Source: Fibrobacterota bacterium (GTDB lineage: Bacteria > Fibrobacterota > Fibrobacteria > UBA11236). From it: 19,938 nt of DNA. Shown here piece after piece: positions 10,944 through 18,132 of this stretch. Position 1 is the stretch's first letter, and every line of letters starts with the position of its first letter. The stretch is taken from the NCBI GenBank assembly GCA_043753995.1, contig JAYUVP010000261.1, forward strand, positions 1-19,938. The letters are read 5' to 3'. Both the position numbers and the translations under genes were made by a program. The notes below the pieces were generated by a model. The model was not told the DNA's origin, searched no databases, and saw nothing but the letters and a program-made list of their open reading frames with translations.

Positions 10944-11516
10944 TTAGTTTGCAGCAGCCAAGGTGGCGGCATGCTTGGCCTGGGACAATTCCAGGGCGGA
11001 GCAAGTCGGCGACAAGGCGGGACCGAGAACTAACCGGGAGCGTCCCAACCACGGCCAGGGCAAATAGGCTTGATCCCAGCTCCTATTTAGGCGCCAACCC
11101 CCCGAAACGGCGATGCCGATGGGCAATAGTGGGTAATTCAATTCGCGCGCCAGCCACAGCGAACCCGGTTTGATCATGCCTCGGGGGCCGCGCGGCCCGT
11201 CGAGTGCCATGCCAATGAGGCCTGGCGATTGTCTGGCGGCCCGCACGATGCGGCGTAATCCCTGCGAGCCTTGCCTTCCGGAGCTACCGCGTTGCACGCG
11301 ATAACCCAGAGATTGGGCCGCTCGCGCGGCGATTTCCCCGTCGGAGGAGGCGGAAAGCAAGACATGAATACCTCGTCCCGCAAAGGCCTTCATGGCCACG
11401 GCAAGATCGGCATGCCAAAGCACAATAATACCGCGCTGGGGAATATCCCCAACGACCTCAATACGCAAGCTCCGCACATAGGCGCGCGCCAGCAGGGAGG
11501 CGATGGCCAGCGCCAT
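10944..11516 (-). CDS. DUF374 lysophospholipid acyltransferase-family protein (LpxJ-like); start ATG 11516 or GTG 11534
   Basis: IVLWH, LSASSDGEIA, LGY...RGSSGRQG, ALDGPRGP, GSLWLA, SWD...PWP: the DUF374 motif set. The ORF-track start at 11660 overlaps the upstream gene. Confidence 0.85.
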   Translation of the reverse strand: MALAIASLLARAYVRSLRIEVVGDIPQRGIIVLWHADLAVAMKAFAGRGIHVLLSASSDGEIAARAAQSLGYRVQRGSSGRQGSQGLRRIVRAARQSPGLIGMALDGPRGPRGMIKPGSLWLARELNYPLLPIGIAVSGGWRLNRSWDQAYLPWPWLGRSRLVLGPALSPTCSALELSQAKHAATLAAAN

Positions 11517-11553
11517 TTCCGGGCGTGATTTCACTGGAGCATGGGAGCGGCGT

Positions 11554-11874
11554 TCAAGTTGGCGCGGAAAACACGCGTACTTGATGCCGCGAAGATCGAT
11601 CGCCCGTAGTGAACCTCTCCAGAAAGAGGCGTCGGCGGTGCTCGCTGCGATGTTGTTCACAGAACTTGGGGTAAAGCGCTTGGTTGGGAATCAAGGTGAT
11701 GGCGAAGCCCCGCTCGCAGCCCAATAAGCCGCAAATACAGGCGCGGGGAGTTTCGGCGCGATAATTATGCAAAACGATTTGATTGCACTCGGTCACGCGG
11801 CGAACGAGCTCACTGGCGGGATTGTCGAGCTGGGCCAGAATGGCGCGCTCGACATTGGAAGCAGTCGACTCCAT
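11554..11874 (-). CDS. Hypothetical 106-aa protein with a putative Cys/His zinc-binding motif
   Basis: MESTASNVERAILAQLDNP...CICGLLGC-x18-CEQH..RRRLFLERF; fills the gap between mutM and the DUF374 gene on the same strand; promoter-like motif abuts ATG 11874. Confidence 0.7.
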   Translation of the reverse strand: MESTASNVERAILAQLDNPASELVRRVTECNQIVLHNYRAETPRACICGLLGCERGFAITLIPNQALYPKFCEQHRSEHRRRLFLERFTTGDRSSRHQVRVFSAPT

Positions 11875-11880
11875 GCCCCA

Positions 11881-11909
11881 AGTATGCTCTCGGGCCGGTG
11901 CTTTGTCCA
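11881..11909 (-). promoter_or_regulatory. Candidate sigma70 promoter giving a leaderless transcript
   Basis: TGGACA (11909-11904), 17 nt, CATACT (11886-11881), 6 nt, ATG (11874). Confidence 0.5.
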
Positions 11910-12028
11910 AGGGGTATCGCGCAACAAATGGCCGGAGGAAGCAGCCTTTAGAGATTTCTCCCTGAGACGAGGAAGAAAGCAGAAAAAAAAGCTTGCGCGG
12001 ACGGCCTGCTTGAGCTAAGGCCGGTCTC

Positions 12029-12050
12029 AAAACGCCTTTTGCAGGCGCCC
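12029..12050 (-). terminator. Weak candidate intrinsic terminator after mutM
   Basis: Minus strand CGCCT-GCAAA-AGGCG followed by TTTT, starting a few nt after the mutM stop. Confidence 0.35.
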
Positions 12051-12054
12051 GGTT

Positions 12055-12954
12055 CTAATGGCGTCGGGTTTTTTTTGGCATGGGTTGGCATGCGGGGCAG
12101 AACACGGTTCCCCGCTGGGCCACCACGGTTTTGCGTAGCAACGCACCGCAACGTCGGCAGGGCTCCCCTCCGCGCCCATAGGCTTGCAGGCGCTCCTGAT
12201 TCGAACCTTTGCCGCCATCAGGTTTGCGATAGTCGGAAAAAGTGGTGCCTTGATTGGCGATGCCGCGCTTGAGTGCCGCGCGAACTTCCCGTAACAGGCA
12301 TGTGACCTGATCCGGCTTGAGGAGATAGGCTGGCGTCTCGGGATGAATGCCGGCGGCGAATAAGCCTTCATCGGCATAAATATTGCCGACCCCCGCCAGA
12401 AAGGCCTGATCGAGCAAAACGGATTTGATATTGCGATGGGACTTTTTAGGAAAGGCTGCGGCCAAGTTTGCGATAGACCCTTCCAGGGGCTCGAGGCCCA
12501 GCCTTTTCACGCGCGCCAGGTCTTCCCAGCGGCCATCGGGTACGGGCAGGAGTCGCCCAAAAGTGCGAGGATCTCGGAATAGCATGCGCTCGCCGCCCGC
12601 GAAATGCAAAATCAAATGCGTGTGCTTGTCCACCGGATGAACCCCGATGGCTTTTTGCATGCCGGTCACGGTGCGGCGAAAGGTGGGGTTTTCTTCGAAG
12701 GTGGGTGGGGAATGGGTGAGTTGGCCCGTCATACCCAAATGCACGCCGAGGGCGCCTTGGTCGAGTTCGAGAAACAAATACTTGCCCCGGCGCACAATGC
12801 GTTTCAGGGTGCGGCCCCGCAAAAAGGTCGGCAAATCGGTAGGCTCGCCTTCCACCAGCCGAGGCAGGCTAAAGTGGATGGAGCGAATGCGTTTGCCTTC
12901 CAAATGGGGGCGAAGGCCGCGGGCTATGGTTTCCACTTCGGGGAGTTCGGGCAT
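12055..12954 (-). CDS. mutM: Formamidopyrimidine-DNA glycosylase (Fpg)
   Basis: N-terminal MPELPEVE, RRGKYL, HLGMTG, DPRTFG, H2TH LLDQ...GVGNIYADE, C-terminal zinc finger CRRC...CPACQ. Confidence 0.99.
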   Translation of the reverse strand: MPELPEVETIARGLRPHLEGKRIRSIHFSLPRLVEGEPTDLPTFLRGRTLKRIVRRGKYLFLELDQGALGVHLGMTGQLTHSPPTFEENPTFRRTVTGMQKAIGVHPVDKHTHLILHFAGGERMLFRDPRTFGRLLPVPDGRWEDLARVKRLGLEPLEGSIANLAAAFPKKSHRNIKSVLLDQAFLAGVGNIYADEGLFAAGIHPETPAYLLKPDQVTCLLREVRAALKRGIANQGTTFSDYRKPDGGKGSNQERLQAYGRGGEPCRRCGALLRKTVVAQRGTVFCPACQPMPKKTRRH

Positions 12955-13021
12955 GACGGGCTGGAATGTACATTGGGCCGTGGTTTCAAGGCCTTTAACG
13001 ACTTAATAGCGACAAAAGAGC

Positions 13022-14830
13022 ATGAGCGATGACCGCCGCGTCACCCCATTTCCGCGCGACCCCCGCATGCAAGTGCCGACGCGCATTTTACGCATTGCCC
13101 TGCCTGCCGAAGGGCTGAAGCTGGTTTCGGGAGGCGTGCTTCCCGAATTGGACATAGCCTACGAAGCCTATGGCACCTTGAATGCCGAGCGAAGCAATGC
13201 CATTCTGATTTGCTCACCGCTGACCACCGACGCCCATGCGGCGGGCTGGCATACCGCTGAGGACAAAACGGCGGGTTGGTGGGACGATATGATTGGCCCC
13301 GGCAAGGCCATTGATACCGACCGCTATTTGGTCATCGCGCAAAACATGCTCGGCGGTTGCCGAGGCACCACCGGCCCCGGTTCAACCAATCCAGCCACCG
13401 GTCGTCCCTATGGCTCGCAATTTCCCGCTATCACCGTGGAAGACATGGTCAAGGTGCAGCGCCTTTTGCTTGAGGCTCTGGGCATAGATTCGCTGGCGGC
13501 CGTGGTGGGCGGTTCCATGGGTGGAATGCAGGCTTTGCAGTGGGCCATTTCTTATCCAGACAAGGTGCGCAAATGCATGTGCATCGCAGCGGCACCCAGC
13601 CTTTCGGCGCAGGCCCTCGGATTTGAAATCATCGGCCGCAAGGTCATAGTCAATGATTCGCATTTTCAAGGCGGCGATTATTACGACAAGGCGGACAAGC
13701 CCAATGACGGTCTTGCTTTCGCACGCATGATAGGCCATATCACCTATCTCTCGGCCGCCGCCATGCATCAGAAATTCGGGCGCCGCGAGCGCGACGGCCT
13801 CGACCCTGGACGCTTTGAAACCGGTTTCGAAGTCGAAAGTTATCTCGATTATCAGGGCCATAAATTCGTCGAGCGTTTCGACGCCAATAGCTATTTGCAT
13901 ATCACCTGGGCCATGGATCACTTCGATATCGAAGCGCGTTATGGGTCGCTGGAATCCGCCTTTCGCGAATCGCAGGCCGAATTCCTTTTGGTGGCCCTGT
14001 CGTCGGACTGGCTTTTCTTTCCTGCCCAAACCCGCCAACTGGCCCAGTCCCTCATGGGCTTGCGCAAAATCGTGTCCTTGGTCGAATTGGAAAGCCCCTA
14101 TGGCCATGATGCCTTTTTGCTGGAAGTGGCCCACCTTTCCCGGGTGATCAATGGCTTTTTGGAAAAGCCAGCTCATGCCGGCCCTCTGGCCAAGGATCCC
14201 AAGCCCGCCGAGGTCCCGCGCGGTAGCCACACGCCCACTTCCGAAATCAAATCGCTCGCATCGCTCATTGAACCCGGTAGCCATATTCTTGACATCGGCT
14301 GCGGCAATGGCGAACTCATCGATACTTTGTATCGCCGGCATGGTGTGACGGGTGTGGGCATTGATTTTGACTTGGCCCATGCCGTCGAATGTTTGCGCCA
14401 TAATGTGCCCGTGGTGCAGGCCGATGTCGATGCCGGCCTTTCCATGTTTCGCGATAATTCCTTCGACTATGCCGTGCTTAATCGCACCTTGCAGGAAATG
14501 AAACGTCCTCGCATGGTGCTACGGGAAATTTTGCGGGTAGCGCGAAAAGGCGTGGTGGCCTTTCCCAATTTCGGGCATGCCGGCAATCGCGCCAGCCTAC
14601 TCATGCAAGGCCGCATGCCCGTGACCAAGGCCTTGCCCCATCGCTGGGACGACACTCCCAATATTCATCTTTTCAGTCTCGCCGATTTCCGCGCATTATG
14701 CGCTGAAGAAGGCATCAAAATCGAGAAAGAGCTTTGCTTCGCGGGCTCATGGAAGTCGCGCCTGGTCATGGCTGCGGGCTATGCCAATGCCGGCGCCGAA
14801 TATGTGATTGCCCTCGTCAGTCGGGTGTGA
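13022..14830 (+). CDS. metX: Homoserine O-acyltransferase MetX fused to a C-terminal MetW-type methyltransferase-fold domain
   Basis: MetX: AYEAYGTLN, GWWDDMIGPGKAIDTDRY, NMLGGCRGTTGP, nucleophile GGSMGG, SSDWLF, YGHDAFL. After a Pro-rich linker comes MetW: ILDIGCGNG, SFDYAVLNRTLQ, FPNFGH, GRMPVTKALP..W.DTPNIH. Confidence 0.95.
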   Translation: MSDDRRVTPFPRDPRMQVPTRILRIALPAEGLKLVSGGVLPELDIAYEAYGTLNAERSNAILICSPLTTDAHAAGWHTAEDKTAGWWDDMIGPGKAIDTDRYLVIAQNMLGGCRGTTGPGSTNPATGRPYGSQFPAITVEDMVKVQRLLLEALGIDSLAAVVGGSMGGMQALQWAISYPDKVRKCMCIAAAPSLSAQALGFEIIGRKVIVNDSHFQGGDYYDKADKPNDGLAFARMIGHITYLSAAAMHQKFGRRERDGLDPGRFETGFEVESYLDYQGHKFVERFDANSYLHITWAMDHFDIEARYGSLESAFRESQAEFLLVALSSDWLFFPAQTRQLAQSLMGLRKIVSLVELESPYGHDAFLLEVAHLSRVINGFLEKPAHAGPLAKDPKPAEVPRGSHTPTSEIKSLASLIEPGSHILDIGCGNGELIDTLYRRHGVTGVGIDFDLAHAVECLRHNVPVVQADVDAGLSMFRDNSFDYAVLNRTLQEMKRPRMVLREILRVARKGVVAFPNFGHAGNRASLLMQGRMPVTKALPHRWDDTPNIHLFSLADFRALCAEEGIKIEKELCFAGSWKSRLVMAAGYANAGAEYVIALVSRV

Positions 14831-15990
14831 TGAACGACCTTTATCTTGACCACAATGCGGCCACTCCGCTTTTGCCCGAAGCTCAAGAAGCCATGGCGAA
14901 AACGTGGCGCGACGGCTATGGCAATCCCAGCAGCTTGCATTCCCAAGGTCGAGAAGCCCGGCGCCTCCTAGAAGAAGCGCGCGAAAGCGTCGCGGCGCAT
15001 TGGGGTTGCAAGCCCCAAGAAATCCTTTTCACTTCGGGCGGTACCGAGTCGGATAACTTGGCCTTACGTGGTGTTATGCACCATGAGCGCAATGCCCGCC
15101 GCCATTTAGTCGTTAGCGCATTCGAGCATCCGGCGGTTTTAGAAACCGCCAAGGATTTGGCGACTCAGGGCTATGCCTTGAGCGAAGTCGCTCCCAATGA
15201 GGATGGCTTAGTCACATCAGAAGCCCTGCTTGCCCTCTTGCGTTCTCGTCCCTCGGAAACGGCCCTGGTTTCGGTGCTATGGGCCCACAATGAAATCGGC
15301 ACCGTGCAGCCCATCGCTGATTTGGCTCGCCTGGCCCATGACGCAGGAGCCTTGTTTCACAGCGACGGCGTGCAGGCCTGGGGTAAAATAGGTAACATGC
15401 AAGTGACGGATCTCGGCGTCGATTTGCTTTCCCTCTCCGGCCATAAAATCGGCGGGCCCAAGGGAGCGGGCGTGCTTTATGTGCGCCAGGGAACGCCTTT
15501 ACGTATCCAGCAAACCGGCGGCCCCCAGGAGAGGCAAACTCGCGCGGGCACCGAAAATGTCGCGGCTTGCGTGGGCTTAGCGGCGGCATTGCAAGCCTGG
15601 GAACAAAACGGTGATGCTTGGCGTGAAAACATGCGGCAGTGCCGAGACGCCCTTAAGACCCAATTATTGGCCTTGCTCCCTCAAATGCAAATCAATGGTG
15701 CGGCGATTTCCTGCTTGCCGAATACCCTACACGTTACCTTGCCCGGCTGCCCTTCGGATTTGATGGTTTTGGCTCTCGATATGCAAGGCATAGCGGTTTC
15801 AGCGGGTTCAGCCTGTGCCTCGGGATCGGTGAAGCGATCGCAAGCCATGTTGGCCATGGGAAAGGATTCCGCTTCAGCGCAAAGCGTTTTGCGTTTTTCT
15901 ATTGGGCCCTTTGCCAAAGCCGAGCAAATGTTAATCGTTGCGGATAAAGTGGCAGCGGTGGCGAAAAATGTTCAAGGGATGAGCCGATAA
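14830..15990 (+). CDS. Cysteine desulfurase, IscS/NifS (group I) family
   Basis: YLDHNAATP, GNPSSLH, FTSGGTESDN, EHPAV, HNEIGT, PLP-lysine motif SGHKIGGPKG, RAGTEN, catalytic SAGSACAS. ATG 14830 overlaps the metXW TGA. Confidence 0.95.
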   Translation: MNDLYLDHNAATPLLPEAQEAMAKTWRDGYGNPSSLHSQGREARRLLEEARESVAAHWGCKPQEILFTSGGTESDNLALRGVMHHERNARRHLVVSAFEHPAVLETAKDLATQGYALSEVAPNEDGLVTSEALLALLRSRPSETALVSVLWAHNEIGTVQPIADLARLAHDAGALFHSDGVQAWGKIGNMQVTDLGVDLLSLSGHKIGGPKGAGVLYVRQGTPLRIQQTGGPQERQTRAGTENVAACVGLAAALQAWEQNGDAWRENMRQCRDALKTQLLALLPQMQINGAAISCLPNTLHVTLPGCPSDLMVLALDMQGIAVSAGSACASGSVKRSQAMLAMGKDSASAQSVLRFSIGPFAKAEQMLIVADKVAAVAKNVQGMSR

Positions 15991-16005
15991 ATTTCCGCTT
16001 TTTGA

Positions 16006-16035
16006 GTTACGTCCTTTTCTAGGTGGCCGTCTAAC
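16006..16035 (+). promoter_or_regulatory. Putative ECF-sigma-type promoter, copy 1
   Basis: GTTAC (16006-16010), 17 nt, CGTCTAAC (16028-16035); 28 nt before ATG 16064. Identical boxes recur at 16452-16481. Confidence 0.7.
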
Positions 16036-16063
16036 CGTTTTTTAACAAGCGCGGGACGGCATT

Positions 16064-16420
16064 ATGACGATTTCCCCTTCCTCTTTATTGGCCTTAGCCT
16101 TGCTAGGAATAATCCTTATGGCATTGGCGATAGGGCTTTTCTTGCGCTCACGTAGGAGCTCCTTTCAGGCAGAAGAGCAAGCCTTGCCATTGCAGTCGGT
16201 TTTAAACGAGGCCCAAAAGTTGGTGCGTAACTTGAGTCATGCACCGCATTCCGCCGGTTATGAAAGACTTCGCGCCTTATTGCGTGAAATGCAAAGGCGT
16301 CTGCGGCAACTGCCCCCAGAAGCGGGACAGCGATTCGAGCGGCGTGCAATGCGCGTCATGGAAGATGCGGCCCGAATAGGCGTCACTCTCTCTCCCGAAG
16401 AAGCCCTTCAACAGTCCTGA
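16064..16420 (+). CDS. Hypothetical single-pass membrane protein, paralog A (118 aa)
   Basis: N-terminal TM helix (LLALALLGIILMALAIGLFL) followed by RSRR, then a charged helical domain ending EDAARIGVTLSPEE. Confidence 0.8.
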   Translation: MTISPSSLLALALLGIILMALAIGLFLRSRRSSFQAEEQALPLQSVLNEAQKLVRNLSHAPHSAGYERLRALLREMQRRLRQLPPEAGQRFERRAMRVMEDAARIGVTLSPEEALQQS

Positions 16421-16451
16421 ATTGCCTTTGTAATTGCACAGAAAGATTCGC

Positions 16452-16481
16452 GTTACCTCCCGGTTCGATGAGTCGTCTAAC
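16452..16481 (+). promoter_or_regulatory. Putative ECF-sigma-type promoter, copy 2
   Basis: GTTAC (16452-16456), 17 nt, CGTCTAAC (16474-16481); 27 nt before ATG 16509. Confidence 0.7.
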
Positions 16482-16508
16482 TCTTACAGATTAACGATGG
16501 AGAAAATC

Positions 16509-16889
16509 ATGAGCCACCTTCTCATCACCCAATTTTCAGCCCACCCCTGGATGACCGCTTTTCTTGTTCTCGGGATGATGCCAGTCCTAGCCATGTGGCT
16601 TTTGCGCAATCGCCTTCGCCCAGGAAAGGTGCCGCAGGAGAACAGCGGCCTTTTCATGCAATTGGAAACCGAGGCCTCACGAGCTTTGCGTCGCGTCGGT
16701 CGTGAACGCAGTTCGGTCACCGTGAGGGAAGAGGCTCGCCGCAAATTGCTCCAATTGCAGTCCCGTATTCGTTTTTCCGAGGCTCCCGTTCGGCGCAGCC
16801 ATGAAAATGAGTTGAGTCGGCTATTAAATGAAGCGGCGCGTCATGGGATTACCGTAACCCCCGACGAAAGCATGACTCTCGCCGTTTAA
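16509..16889 (+). CDS. Hypothetical single-pass membrane protein, paralog B (126 aa)
   Basis: SD GGAG (16499-16502) 6 nt before ATG 16509; TM helix (WMTAFLVLGMMPVLAMWLL) followed by RNRLR; helical domain ending NEAARHGITVTPDE. Confidence 0.8.
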   Translation: MSHLLITQFSAHPWMTAFLVLGMMPVLAMWLLRNRLRPGKVPQENSGLFMQLETEASRALRRVGRERSSVTVREEARRKLLQLQSRIRFSEAPVRRSHENELSRLLNEAARHGITVTPDESMTLAV

Positions 16890-16941
16890 CGGGTCTCATC
16901 AAGGCTGGCTATCCTATATTTGGCGGTCTCTGGAGGTTTCC

Positions 16942-18087
16942 ATGGACCGCTCGGTCGCGCCCGTTCTTTCTGGCGCTTCAATTTCAGACACCTTTTTCGC
17001 TACCGGCACAACCGCCGAGTTGGCCCAAGGTTTGGCAAATAAAGCCTTGGTTGGTGAGGATTTGTCGCGTGAAGAGGCGCTGGCGGTTCTGAATTGGCCC
17101 AACGATTCCATTTTGGAATTGCTGCAAGCCTCCTTTCAGGTTCGCAAAACGCATTTCGGCAAGCGTGTAAAGCTCAACTTTTTAGTGAATATTCAAAGCG
17201 GCATTTGTCCCGAAGACTGTAATTATTGTTCACAGTCCACGGTTTCGGATGCGCCTGTCGACAAATACAAATTGATGACGTCCGAAGATGTGGTGGCCGC
17301 CGCTGAGCGTGCCGTGGCCAATAAAGCTAGCCGCCTCTGCATGGTGGCAAGTATGCGCGGGCCTTCTGATAAAGACGTACAGTCGGTCGCCGCGGCCGTA
17401 AGGAATGTGCGCGAGAAATATCCCCAGCTCGAATTGTGCGCTTGCCTAGGCCTCTTGAAGGAAGGTCAAGCCGAAACCCTTGAAGCCGCCGGCGTTGATG
17501 CCTACAATCACAATCTCAATACCAGCGAACGCCATTACGGTGAGGTTTGCAGCACCCACGACTTCGCCGATCGCCTCGACACCGTGCGTAAGTCGCAATC
17601 GGCGGGTATGTCTTCGTGCAGCGGCGCGCTTTTCGGCATGGGTGAAAACCAAGACGATGTCCTCGATGTCGCCTATCGCCTGCGAGAACTCGGCGTGGAC
17701 TCCATTCCGGTAAACTTTCTCATGCCTTTCAAGGGCACGCCCTTCGAAGATCGGCAAGAATTGACGCCGATGTATTGCCTCAAAATTTTATGCCTATTCC
17801 GATTCCTTTCCCCCACCGCAGAATTGCGCGTGGCGGGTGGCCGCGAATTGCATTTGCGCAGCTTGCAGGCAATGAGCCTTTACCCTTGCACCTCGCTTTT
17901 CGTGGGCGACTACCTGACAAGCGAAGGCCAAGCGGCCAATCTCGATCTCGAAATGATTCGCGATATGGGATTCGAAATTTTGGGCGAAATTCCGGCCGAA
18001 ACTTCGCCGCTAAAGGATAGAGTTGCTCTCACGCATCGTCAGGCGCCGCCCAAGCCCACCTTGCAAAAGGCGGAAACCCACACTTGA
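16942..18087 (+). CDS. bioB: Biotin synthase (radical SAM)
   Basis: CPEDCNYCSQS (CxxxCxxC), CACLG, YNHNLNTS, CSGALFGMGE, SIPVNFL, RVAGGRE, GDYLT; SD GGAGG. Confidence 0.98.
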   Translation: MDRSVAPVLSGASISDTFFATGTTAELAQGLANKALVGEDLSREEALAVLNWPNDSILELLQASFQVRKTHFGKRVKLNFLVNIQSGICPEDCNYCSQSTVSDAPVDKYKLMTSEDVVAAAERAVANKASRLCMVASMRGPSDKDVQSVAAAVRNVREKYPQLELCACLGLLKEGQAETLEAAGVDAYNHNLNTSERHYGEVCSTHDFADRLDTVRKSQSAGMSSCSGALFGMGENQDDVLDVAYRLRELGVDSIPVNFLMPFKGTPFEDRQELTPMYCLKILCLFRFLSPTAELRVAGGRELHLRSLQAMSLYPCTSLFVGDYLTSEGQAANLDLEMIRDMGFEILGEIPAETSPLKDRVALTHRQAPPKPTLQKAETHT

Positions 18088-18132
18088 TTTTGACCCGCAG
18101 CTGAGCTTCGTGCTTTGCCGGGACAATCCGCC

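Noticed and set aside
13382..14401. 339-aa minus-strand ORF and other short ORFs nested within recognised genes
   Set aside because: Antisense or out-of-frame shadows of well-supported genes, with no independent motifs or ribosome-binding sites.
16434..16508. ORF-track start of paralog B at TTG 16434
   Set aside because: It would cover the repeated promoter motif. ATG 16509 has an SD and gives the same architecture as paralog A.
16854..16890. Possible third ECF-like promoter before bioB (GTAAC...CGTTTAAC)
   Set aside because: The spacer is 24 nt rather than 17, both boxes mismatch, and it lies within coding sequence.
16890..16941. BirA operator upstream of bioB
   Set aside because: No TGTAAAC...GTTTACA-type inverted repeat is visible.
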